Assembly (NCBI GenBank): GCA_038897215.1
Contig: JAWAWX010000001.1
Span: 384,001-448,000 of the forward strand
Direction: 5' to 3'
Source: Acidilobaceae archaeon
Lineage (GTDB): Archaea; Thermoproteota; Thermoprotei_A; Sulfolobales; Acidilobaceae
Length of the DNA stretch: 64,000 bases
Shown here: in pieces, positions 18,001 to 25,472 of the stretch
Numbering within the stretch: position 1 is the first letter of the stretch
How the letters are laid out: every line of letters begins with the position of its first letter
Made by a program: the position numbers and the translations under genes
Notes under the pieces: model-generated
Told to the model about the DNA's origin: nothing
The model's input: the letters and a program-made list of their open reading frames with translations, nothing else
Database searches by the model: none

Positions 18001-18890
18001 TCGCCTTCAGGCTCTCGAGGCTGAGAGAGGAGCTAGAGAGAGCTCTAGGAGCTAGAGTCAGCGAGGAGGAGCTAGAGAAGTCTCTACACGTGCTCTCGCT
18101 AGCCGAGCTGGCTGATTACGAGGTAGCCACGGGGGTCGCTCGAGAGTGCCGAGACGGCTACGTGCTAGCCGATGACTCGAAGAAGAGAGTCTGCCTAACG
18201 GACTCTCCGGGCTCCTCGGGAGAGCTCGACAGATACTGCCTCCTAGAGGTGAGGGCGGAGAGGGGGGAGGAGAGAGCTCTCGCTAGAGTTCTGAGAGAGG
18301 TGAAGCACGAGACCCTGATGAAGCTAGTAGCGTCCTTCAGACTGGCTGAGCTCTTGGCTAGAGAGGGGGAGGAGAGGGGGAGAGAAGCGATCCTATCATA
18401 CTTCAGGATCACTGGAGGCGAGCGCGGAGAGGACGTAGCTGAGGATATGAGGAGAGAGGTCGACAAGCTGGCTCTAGCTCGAGGAGTGCACGTGAAGAGA
18501 GTAGACTCGAGGAGATACGTGGCGGAGACGCTATCGAAGCCCGCGCGCCACACCGTGGCTAAAGCTCTAGCCTACGCTATCGTAGCCTCTCTCCTAGACT
18601 CCAGAACACCGCCTAGTGACGCCGTGGTCTATACTGAGAGAGGGCTCGCTCGCCTAGTCTCGAAGCACGTGAGAGCAGTAGCTAGAGAGCTCGAGAAGAG
18701 AGGCTACATGTACCCGGACAGAGTAGAGGTCAGAGCTCTCAACGCCGGGAAGCTCGCGGAAGAGCCAAGACTCGGCAAGACAGTGATACTAGCTCTAGCT
18801 AGGAAACCCGAGGCTCTCCCAGCTGGAGGAGACTACATAGAGATAACGCTTGCCCTAAAGCACTCCAGAGAAGAGGATAAACTACGCTAG
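15048..18890 (+). CDS. RecQ family helicase with long degenerate N- and C-terminal extensions
   Basis: LPTGAGKSL, VSPLLALIEDQ, VLDEAHC..WGYTFRPAY, AFTAT, YHGQM, VATKAFGMGVD, YYQEVGRAGRDG. Confidence 0.9.
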   Translation: MEALIAAVVLAGSASLLREALSALVASRLASVREPGAVSLAKSRLVRLASSSLSIEAAVAGALAERGLFGELAEACSHTEGLHALCSVARSGAAVVAVDFEEWPGSCGVSILSRERALASIELSPCSPAILASEMKPGAVVAYDWRRAPRELASHARARGLRLLSLLDLAPLALPGEPSYSLSRLAFILGLDYDESPRGRARAVLLSSLRLAGALSALGLCWRLAGSEPWLEGLATLCDYAEAEAPARRAGPVALSGADVVVTPRLLDSCSPLHWTPRKLARGSSELSGALGALFRVAGARGVCSEREVLESIRASPAMSESLSLPDTVWEEGGLSLPLVAHCRDALALAELLEKRGAKLGLVFVEAAHACVALAGVGVAELLSALSRVSRRLWVSVADASDVPHYAELAGFREAPVYVVKGAGDLSSLETRRVFELAYSLADSGSCVLATTPASRLSSLELGLRVVERLEDAAECSRVVVPTVSDLRELASRHGVSLKHALVALLELTQDRLVVVSGWRELSQHASLRELEVEPAGLGLAVAPALFSSPRKALAEVERAAREKWGLELRPYQKRIALYMLEPYVRGRGYEKPTVIALLPTGAGKSLVFQSVSVALHRASGRPALVVSPLLALIEDQIEGLERAGVRVCRLDGMAEPAERLECLRRAAGGEVEIVYSTPEQVEKSEARRLVESGFFSLIVLDEAHCAIRWGYTFRPAYAHALSFIKRVRDEKPWLPVAAFTATLSESELRKLAEELGVGEFEVVEGREALEEPVALSGRPKVVKSAVLRSNLRLRAVRAPPSAKLRALVEIVSELREWAEESGGEPWIGLVFVPYVSPSREEESAESIARLLERELEEEVLVYHGQMPKRERSRALDALRSVARGERSSPRIVVATKAFGMGVDIPCIRWVVHYMMSESVEDYYQEVGRAGRDGREAVCILIHSGRSDFKKRLSLSRRQHPRLKVVEALWALAMRAVEKTGSRRVAFRLSRLREELERALGARVSEEELEKSLHVLSLAELADYEVATGVARECRDGYVLADDSKKRVCLTDSPGSSGELDRYCLLEVRAERGEERALARVLREVKHETLMKLVASFRLAELLAREGEERGREAILSYFRITGGERGEDVAEDMRREVDKLALARGVHVKRVDSRRYVAETLSKPARHTVAKALAYAIVASLLDSRTPPSDAVVYTERGLARLVSKHVRAVARELEKRGYMYPDRVEVRALNAGKLAEEPRLGKTVILALARKPEALPAGGDYIEITLALKHSREEDKLR

Positions 18891-19012
18891 AACAAGCATG
18901 ACACCAGTAGGCCCGCCTTCTCCTCGAAGTCAGCCATCAACACAGACCCATATTTAATCCTTTTTAGGTTCTCCCGGAGCGAGAGGAGAGTTGATCGAGG
19001 GGGCGTGCCGCT

Positions 19013-20623
19013 ATGGCTGAAACGGGGAGACTCCTCTATATAGCTCTAGCTCTCGTAGCCTTGATCCTGATAGGGATAGCCGGCTACCTGCTCCTAATAG
19101 CCCCCGAGGAGCAGCAGCCCGGAGAGAGACCGCCGCTAGAGGAGCAACCGCTAGTGACGTACAAGGAGATCAATGTCCTCAGGATCTCTCAGAGAGCCGA
19201 CTTATCGACCATTGATGTGCAAGCCGCGACAGACGCTCCTACTCTATCGGTCTTCGGGCACGTCTACGAGACCCTCTTTAGAGTCAAGTTCGACGAGAAC
19301 GGGAGAGCCTCATTCGTCCCCCACCTAGTAGAGTCCTACACTCAGATATCTGACACAGTCTGGGAGTTCAGGTTGAGGCAGGGAGTCAGGTTCCACGACG
19401 GCAAGCCTCTCACAGCATACGACGTGAAAGCAAGCTTCGAGAGAGGCCCTAGAGTCGGCGGCCTACCCAGGATCCTTCTAGGGTTCCTGAGCGAAGTCCA
19501 GGTGGTTGACGACTACACGTTCAGGCTAGTACTCAAATACCCCTTCGGCCCGATGATAGCCCATCTCTCTCACCCATCGACATCAATCATACCAGCGTGG
19601 GTAGCAGAGCAGTTCCCCAACACTCCAATCAACGACATCAGGTTCATAGTGGGAACCGGACCCTACAGATTTGTAGAGTACAAGAAGGGGGAGAGAACAG
19701 TCCTAGAGGCCTTCGAGGGCTACTGGGGAGAGAAGCCTACGGTTAAGAGGATAGAGTGGATCCCGATACCCGACGACTCCACGAGAGTGAGCTTCCTCGA
19801 AGCCGGGAGTGTTGACATAATAACGCACGTCCCACCGCAGTTCGTCAGCATCCTGAAAAACAAGGGCTTCAACATCGTGCAGATGCCGAGCGTTAGAGTG
19901 ATATACATAGGCATAAACGTGGAGAGAATCCCAGACCCTAGAGTCAGGCAGGCTCTAAACCTGGCGGTAGACAAGAACGCGATAGTCACCGGCATACTGG
20001 AGGGTGCTGGGAGCGTTGCGACAGCGCCGATACACCCCTCGGTCTTCGGCTACTCTAGGCAAACCCCGTATCCCTTCGACCCCGATAGAGCTAGAGCTCT
20101 GATAAGAGAGGCGGGCTGGGAGGGGAGAGAGCTAGTCTTCATAACGCCTCAGGGCAGGTACCTGAAGGATAGAGAGATAGCTGAAGCCGTCAAGGCGTAC
20201 CTGGAGAGAGTAGGGCTGAGAGTCAGAGTAGAGGTGATGGAGTGGGCCGCGTACATAACCAGAGTAACGACCCAGAAGGACTTCGACCTCTTCCTCCTAG
20301 GCTGGTCTACCGTGACTCTAGACGCTGACTACGGCCTATACTCGCTCTTCCGCTCTGGAGCAGCGTTCAACAGGATGCAGTACAGGAACCCGACTGTGGA
20401 CGACCTGCTCGAGAAGGCTAGAGCTGAGAGAGACCCGGCTAGGAGAGCTCAGCTGTACGCCGAGGCCCAGAGGCTGATATGGAGCGACGCCCCATGGATA
20501 TTCCTGCACTACGAGGACATAATAGTTGCCTCCAAGCCGGGCCTAGTGGGCTTTGAGATACAGCCTATAGAGAGATGGATCCTCACCTACACCATGGTCG
20601 AAGTCAGGGCTGGAGGAAGCTAG
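19013..20623 (+). CDS. ABC transporter substrate-binding protein, family 5 (dipeptide/glutathione-like)
   Basis: N-terminal TM anchor, LRQGVRFHDG, GTGPY, RVRQALNLAVD. Confidence 0.93.
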   Translation: MAETGRLLYIALALVALILIGIAGYLLLIAPEEQQPGERPPLEEQPLVTYKEINVLRISQRADLSTIDVQAATDAPTLSVFGHVYETLFRVKFDENGRASFVPHLVESYTQISDTVWEFRLRQGVRFHDGKPLTAYDVKASFERGPRVGGLPRILLGFLSEVQVVDDYTFRLVLKYPFGPMIAHLSHPSTSIIPAWVAEQFPNTPINDIRFIVGTGPYRFVEYKKGERTVLEAFEGYWGEKPTVKRIEWIPIPDDSTRVSFLEAGSVDIITHVPPQFVSILKNKGFNIVQMPSVRVIYIGINVERIPDPRVRQALNLAVDKNAIVTGILEGAGSVATAPIHPSVFGYSRQTPYPFDPDRARALIREAGWEGRELVFITPQGRYLKDREIAEAVKAYLERVGLRVRVEVMEWAAYITRVTTQKDFDLFLLGWSTVTLDADYGLYSLFRSGAAFNRMQYRNPTVDDLLEKARAERDPARRAQLYAEAQRLIWSDAPWIFLHYEDIIVASKPGLVGFEIQPIERWILTYTMVEVRAGGS

Positions 20624-20636
20624 GCGGTAGTCCAGC

Positions 20637-21572
20637 ATGTTGAGATACCTCTTCTACAGGGTTCTTCTCTACATCCCCACTCTTCTCTTCATCCTGTTCG
20701 TCGTCTTCACGCTGATGAGAGCTCTGCCAGGAGACCCTATTAGGGTCATGTACGGAGAGTTCGAGCCTCCTCCCGAGGTCAGAGAAGCTCTCGAGAAGAA
20801 GCTCGGTCTCGACAAGCCTCTCATTGTACAGTACGTCTTGTACGTTAAGAGAGTAGTCGAGGGAGACTGGGGGAAGTCTATAAGCACGGGGGAGCCCGTA
20901 CTGCAACTCGTCTTGAGGAGATTCCAGGCTACTCTAGAGCTCACAGCGGCCAGCATCGCTATAGCTTCTCTCGTAGGGCTCTCTCTAGCGCTACTCTGCG
21001 TCTGGAAGCCGGACTCGCTGATAGACAAGGCAGTCAGAGTAGCTAGCGTGGCTAGTTACTCCATGCCGGTCTTCTGGTGGGGGCTCATACTGATCCTGAT
21101 ATTCGCTGTCTACCTTCGCTGGCTCCCCCCGGGTGAGAGAGGGGGGCTCGAGCACCTAGTCCTCCCTACTCTCACTCTTAGCATAGTCAACTTCGGGATG
21201 ATCTCGAGAGTATCTAGAGCAGCGATGCTCGAGATACTAGTCCAGGACTTCGTGGCGAGCGCTAAGGCTAGAGGCTTGAGCGAGTCGAGAGTCCTCCTCT
21301 ACTACGTGATGAGAAACGCGATAGTGCCCATCATGACAGTCGTAGGGCTCAGATTCGGGGTCCTCATGGGCGGAGCCGTGATCACAGAGACTGTCTTCAA
21401 GTACCCCGGGGTAGGCTCCATGATCTACGATGCGATACTAGCGAGAGACTACCCCGTTGTCTTCGGGGGCGTGCTCTTCGTAGCCATAGTCGTGATGACT
21501 GTGAATCTGATCGTAGACATACTCTACTACCTGATGGACCCCAGAGTGAGGCTCGAGAAGACTAGAGAGTGA
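20637..21572 (+). CDS. ABC peptide transporter permease (DppB-like)
   Basis: LPGDP, LGLDKP, DWGKSI, SAKARGLSE (EAA loop), GGAVITETVF. Confidence 0.93.
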   Translation: MLRYLFYRVLLYIPTLLFILFVVFTLMRALPGDPIRVMYGEFEPPPEVREALEKKLGLDKPLIVQYVLYVKRVVEGDWGKSISTGEPVLQLVLRRFQATLELTAASIAIASLVGLSLALLCVWKPDSLIDKAVRVASVASYSMPVFWWGLILILIFAVYLRWLPPGERGGLEHLVLPTLTLSIVNFGMISRVSRAAMLEILVQDFVASAKARGLSESRVLLYYVMRNAIVPIMTVVGLRFGVLMGGAVITETVFKYPGVGSMIYDAILARDYPVVFGGVLFVAIVVMTVNLIVDILYYLMDPRVRLEKTRE

Positions 21573-22489
21573 GAGTCTTGAAGCTCGGAGCTCTAGCCGA
21601 GACCCCCACGCGGCTACTCTCTGCAACCATCTATGCTCTAAGGCTACTAGGAGGAGACCCTATGTCGCTAGCAGCTCTCATAGTAGTGCTAGGCGTCTTC
21701 TCCACAGCTGTCTCAACAACCGTCCTACTCTACACTGGAGTGGTCTCGGAGAGCGTCTACGCTGGGATAGACCTAGGCAATAGGCTCAAGCTCCCGAGTC
21801 TCGAGCACCCTCTGGGCACAGACCACTTGGGTAGAGACATACTAGTGAGGATAGTCTTCGGGACGCGGATAGCTCTCTACGTGATAGCCGCCTCCGTCAC
21901 CATCGCTATAGTGCTCGGAACGCTGGTAGGCCTCGTGGCCGGCTACATGGGAGGCTACGTGGACCTAGTGGTCTCGAGAATAATAGACGCCATCATGAGC
22001 TTCCCCGCAGTACTCCTAGCTCTAGCCATAGTCGCTGTCCTCGGGCCCGGCATAGAGAACGTAGTCCTAGCTATAGGCATAGCTGAAGCCCCGGTTTTCG
22101 CTAGGCTAGCCAGAGGGCTGGTGGCAGTCGAGAAAGAGCACCTCTACGTAGAGGCTGCTAGAGCGACTGGAGCCAGCCACGCTAGAATCATATGGAAGCA
22201 CATACTGCCAAACATAGCCGGCCCCCTTCTAGTCCAGGCTACATTCACCTCCTCCTCAGCAATCCTCTGGGAGGCAGCACTAAGCTTCCTAGGTCTCGGG
22301 GCCCAGCCCCCCACGCCCAGCTGGGGCCTCATGCTGGCCGAAGCGCGGGGCTACATGAGGGTAGCTCCTCACACCATAGTATTCCCCGGTCTCGCGATAT
22401 TCTTGCTGGTCCTCAGCATAAACATCCTAGGAGAGAAGATGAGAGACCTAATGGACCCGAGGTATAGGAGTCTAGCTGGTAGAAGCTGA
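21569..22489 (+). CDS. ABC peptide transporter permease (DppC-like)
   Basis: HPLGTDHLGRD, YVEAARATGAS, EAALSFLGLG, PSWG. Confidence 0.93.
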   Translation: MRVLKLGALAETPTRLLSATIYALRLLGGDPMSLAALIVVLGVFSTAVSTTVLLYTGVVSESVYAGIDLGNRLKLPSLEHPLGTDHLGRDILVRIVFGTRIALYVIAASVTIAIVLGTLVGLVAGYMGGYVDLVVSRIIDAIMSFPAVLLALAIVAVLGPGIENVVLAIGIAEAPVFARLARGLVAVEKEHLYVEAARATGASHARIIWKHILPNIAGPLLVQATFTSSSAILWEAALSFLGLGAQPPTPSWGLMLAEARGYMRVAPHTIVFPGLAIFLLVLSINILGEKMRDLMDPRYRSLAGRS

Positions 22490-22562
22490 AACCTTCTCTG
22501 AGGCTATAGAGCCGTCTCTTCTTTAAACCCTAGAGAGCTACAGAGAAACCGAGGACGGAGAC

Positions 22563-22628
22563 TTGGCGAAAGGATGCAAGAGAGGGAAGAAGAGCCAGGA
22601 GGCTGGAGAGGGGGAGAAGAAGAAATAA
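22563..22628 (+). CDS. Candidate 21-aa basic micropeptide (MAKGCKRGKKSQEAGEGEKKK)
   Basis: TTG start after GAGGACGGAG, TTTAAA box about 40 nt upstream, TAA stop. Below the size cut-off of the ORF track. Confidence 0.3.
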   Translation: MAKGCKRGKKSQEAGEGEKKK

Positions 22629-22669
22629 CGCTACCCCCCTCTCAGCCTCCCTCTACCCCCTCTCCCTCT
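22581..22669 (-). other. Long G-U-containing hairpin 3' of the PUA gene (between convergent units)
   Basis: Purine arm GAGGGAGAGGGGGTAGAGGGAGGCTGAGAGGGGGG pairs with a pyrimidine arm. On the minus strand most mismatches become G-U pairs. Confidence 0.55.
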
Positions 22670-22675
22670 ATCTCG

Positions 22676-23176
22676 TCATAGTAGCATAGCCGCTTTCCAG
22701 ATCTCGTCTCCAACGTAGTGAAGGCTCTCCACTACTCTCCCCCGAGCTCTGCTCTCGAGAGCCCTCTTGAGGTCCTCAGAGGAGACTAGAGCTCTCCCAA
22801 CCATCACTGGAGCTTTGGTCTCCTCGTCTGCAACGACTACTATAGCTCCTTCACTGAACTCCCCCTCTACTCCTCTAACACCGGGAGCCATGAGGTCTGC
22901 TCCTCTAGCTAGAGCTTTCGCTGCTCCTCTATCGACGTAGACTACGGGGACTCTAGCTGGCTCTCTTAGCTTGACGAGGAGGTTTAGTAGAGGGATTAGC
23001 TCTCCCGAGACTCTAGCTAGAACAGGCTTCCCGTCTACCAGGTATATCTCGAAGTCCTGGAATACCGCTATCTCTGCTACCTCGAACTCCTCTCTCCTCC
23101 CCAGGATTCTCTCGAGAGTCTCTGCTAACGCGCGAGCCTCCTTTTTAGAGACCGCATGCCTCCTACTAGGCTTCAA
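22676..23176 (-). CDS. PUA-domain RNA-binding protein (DUF1947/Tma20-like)
   Basis: VYVDRGAAKALARGADLMAPGV, LHYVGDEIW. Confidence 0.9.
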   Translation of the reverse strand: MKPSRRHAVSKKEARALAETLERILGRREEFEVAEIAVFQDFEIYLVDGKPVLARVSGELIPLLNLLVKLREPARVPVVYVDRGAAKALARGADLMAPGVRGVEGEFSEGAIVVVADEETKAPVMVGRALVSSEDLKRALESRARGRVVESLHYVGDEIWKAAMLL

Positions 23177-23265
23177 GCCTCCTGTTTCACCAACCGAGGA
23201 GCACTCTTAGCCAAGAACGCTTTTAACTCCCTAGACTATAGCGTAGAGCAACAGGTGCCTAGAGA

Positions 23266-23490
23266 GTGAGCGATGCTTTTAGAGAGCTGAGGAGCTACAT
23301 CGGGATGCCTGTACTAGTGAAGATCAAGGGGGGCAAGGGCTTTAGGGGGATACTTAGAAGCTACGACCAGCATCTAAACATAGTCTTGGATAACGCTGAA
23401 GAGATAGAGGGAGAGAATAGGAGGACTCTCGGCAGAGTCTTGATCAGAGGAGACAACGTGGTAGTAGTGAGTCCAGCGAAGCTAGAGTAG
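23266..23490 (+). CDS. Sm-like protein (SmAP1/Lsm)
   Basis: [21 protein letters not shown]. Directly upstream of rpl37e. Confidence 0.95.
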   Translation: MSDAFRELRSYIGMPVLVKIKGGKGFRGILRSYDQHLNIVLDNAEEIEGENRRTLGRVLIRGDNVVVVSPAKLE

Positions 23491-23503
23491 AGGGTGGAGT
23501 AGC

Positions 23504-23692
23504 GTGGCTAAAGGAACCCCCTCTATGGGGAAGCATGGTAGGAGCAAGACGCACATAGTCTGCAGAAGGTGCGGTAGGCACTCATTCAACGTGGCTAAAG
23601 GCTACTGCGCTGCCTGCGGCTTCGGCAGGAGCAGGAGGATGAGGAGGTACAGCTGGCAGAACAAGAAGTGGAACCGTGTTAGAGTCAGGTAG
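23504..23692 (+). CDS. rpl37e: 50S ribosomal protein L37e
   Basis: [28 protein letters not shown]. Confidence 0.98.
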   Translation: MAKGTPSMGKHGRSKTHIVCRRCGRHSFNVAKGYCAACGFGRSRRMRRYSWQNKKWNRVRVR

Positions 23693-23709
23693 AGCTGAGG
23701 CAGAGGGCT

Positions 23710-24840
23710 TTGGAGCAGAGGTTCGCGGCGAACAGGTCTAAGCTCAAAAAGCTCTCGGAGGAGTCCGGGTTCACTGCTCTAGTCTTGGTGGGCGAGCCCA
23801 ACATAGTCTACGCTCTCGGGCTGAGAAGCCCCTCTGGCGCTCTCGTCTTGAGCAACGAGTGCGGTGACTACTTGCTAGCCCCCCTCCTAGACTACACTAG
23901 AGCTCTGAAGTCTGCTCCTAGAGACGTCGAGGTCAAGACATACTTCAGGAGAGGAGAGGAGGGGATAAGAGCCGACGTCCCGAGCAGAGACGTAGCCGGA
24001 GATACTCTCTACTCGGCTCTCTCAGCTGTCCTCAAAGGCTGCGAGAGCAGAGTCGGGCTAGACTCCTCCTGGGCTAGAGCAGACGTAGCTAGAGAACTCG
24101 AATCCAAGCTGGGAGCCGTTGACGCGAGCAACCTAGTCAGGAGAGCTAGAGCTGTGAAGGACCAGTGGGAGGTCGAGCTGATCGAGGAGGCGGCCAGGAT
24201 AGCGGAGGAGGCTCTCAGGAGAGCCGTTGAGGCTCTTAGAGAAGGCGTCTCAGAGGAGGAGGTCGCTGGACTCATAGGGTACGAGGTGAGAAGACGGGGA
24301 GGCTGGAGGACCTCGTTCGACCCAATAGTGGCGTTCTACTCTAACACAGCGTACCCCCACCACGTCTCCTCGGAGACCAGGCTAACGGTGCCGGGCCCCG
24401 TGCTCATCGACCTCGGAGCCGTTGCTGGAGGCTACTCGAGCGACCTCACGAGAAGCTTCTGGCGTGGAAGTAGCGGGGGAAGGGGGGAGTACGGGAAGCT
24501 CGTGGAGACAGTGGTGGAAGCGCAGGAGACAGCGATCGACACTATAGCTCCGGGGGTTGAGGCGTGGGAGCCGGATAACGCTGCTAGGAGAGTCCTGGAG
24601 AAGCACGGGCTAGCCAGATTCTTCATCCACGGGCTAGGCCACGGGGTCGGAGTTGAGATCCACGAGGAGCCCTATCTCAGACCCGGCTCGAAGACCTCGC
24701 TTGAGAAGGGCATGGTTGTCACCGTAGAGCCTGGAGTCTACATGGAGGGAGTGTATGGAGCTAGAGTAGAAGACCTCGTCTTAGTGACTGAGAGAGGGAG
24801 GAGAGTGCTCACGAGGTTCGCTAAGATACTCGAGCTCTAG
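23710..24840 (+). CDS. Xaa-Pro peptidase (M24 family, aminopeptidase P/prolidase)
   Basis: PHH, LIDLG, YSSDLTR, HGLGHGVGVEIHEEP, TVEPG, RVED. Confidence 0.95.
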   Translation: MEQRFAANRSKLKKLSEESGFTALVLVGEPNIVYALGLRSPSGALVLSNECGDYLLAPLLDYTRALKSAPRDVEVKTYFRRGEEGIRADVPSRDVAGDTLYSALSAVLKGCESRVGLDSSWARADVARELESKLGAVDASNLVRRARAVKDQWEVELIEEAARIAEEALRRAVEALREGVSEEEVAGLIGYEVRRRGGWRTSFDPIVAFYSNTAYPHHVSSETRLTVPGPVLIDLGAVAGGYSSDLTRSFWRGSSGGRGEYGKLVETVVEAQETAIDTIAPGVEAWEPDNAARRVLEKHGLARFFIHGLGHGVGVEIHEEPYLRPGSKTSLEKGMVVTVEPGVYMEGVYGARVEDLVLVTERGRRVLTRFAKILEL

Positions 24841-24939
24841 ATAGCAACTCGCCTTGATGCAGAGCTCGGTTAGAGCCTGAGCTCTGCGAGCGCTTGCAGA
24901 GACTCCTCTAGCCTTTAAAGGCTCTAGTCTCGATAGGTT

Positions 24940-24998
24940 GAAGTGATGAGGAGACCACGGGTCTGACTAGTGAGGAAACCTGTCTCAACCGAGACTTC
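24940..24998 (+). ncRNA. Box C/D guide sRNA
   Basis: TATA CTTTAAAG 24913, C GTGATGA 24943, D' CTGA 24963, C' GTGAGGA 24970, D CCGA 24989. Guide ACCTGTCTCA is antisense to 23S UGAGACAGGU. Confidence 0.85.
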
Positions 24999-25008
24999 TA
25001 GTGAGGCG

Positions 25009-25443
25009 ATGACTATGGACTTAAGTGATGACCTCGACTCGGGGGATGAGTTTGAACCCACGCTAGGAGCCTCGAGAATCTGCTTGAAGGACTCGGGGAT
25101 ACTGCCAGAAGAGCTGGCTAGCGAGGTTGAAGCCGAGGTCTACGTTAGAGACGCTACTCACGTAGACCTTCTGCTATACCACTCTAGCGATACAGAGCTG
25201 GTAGCGGAGGCCGCGTCGACACCCGATTGCCTAGTGCTACTAAGCCTCAAGCTTAGGAGGTGCGGGGCTTCGGCTAGAAGCCTCCTAGAGTGGGTTGAGT
25301 GGCCGGAGGTGTCGAGAGCAGTAGTGGAGGGGGATTGCGTTGAGCTAGCTGCTCTAGCTGACACTAAGTCTAGACTGAGAAACTTCCTGGAGAAGACCGG
25401 CATAAAGCCTCTGGGAGTTCTAGCCTTCAGGCAGAGAGGCTGA
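25009..25443 (+). CDS. Hypothetical protein
   Basis: Start moved to ATG 25009, because the track start lies inside the sRNA C' box. Acidic N-terminus, no family recognised. Confidence 0.6.
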   Translation: MTMDLSDDLDSGDEFEPTLGASRICLKDSGILPEELASEVEAEVYVRDATHVDLLLYHSSDTELVAEAASTPDCLVLLSLKLRRCGASARSLLEWVEWPEVSRAVVEGDCVELAALADTKSRLRNFLEKTGIKPLGVLAFRQRG

Positions 25444-25472
25444 AAGACCGGGCTCGAATCGGGGTCTAGAGC

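Noticed and set aside
25001-25055. Second C/D-like set of words (GCGATGA, GTGATGA, ATGA)
   Set aside because: Box spacing is inconsistent and the words are explained by Asp/Met codons of the ORF starting at 25009.
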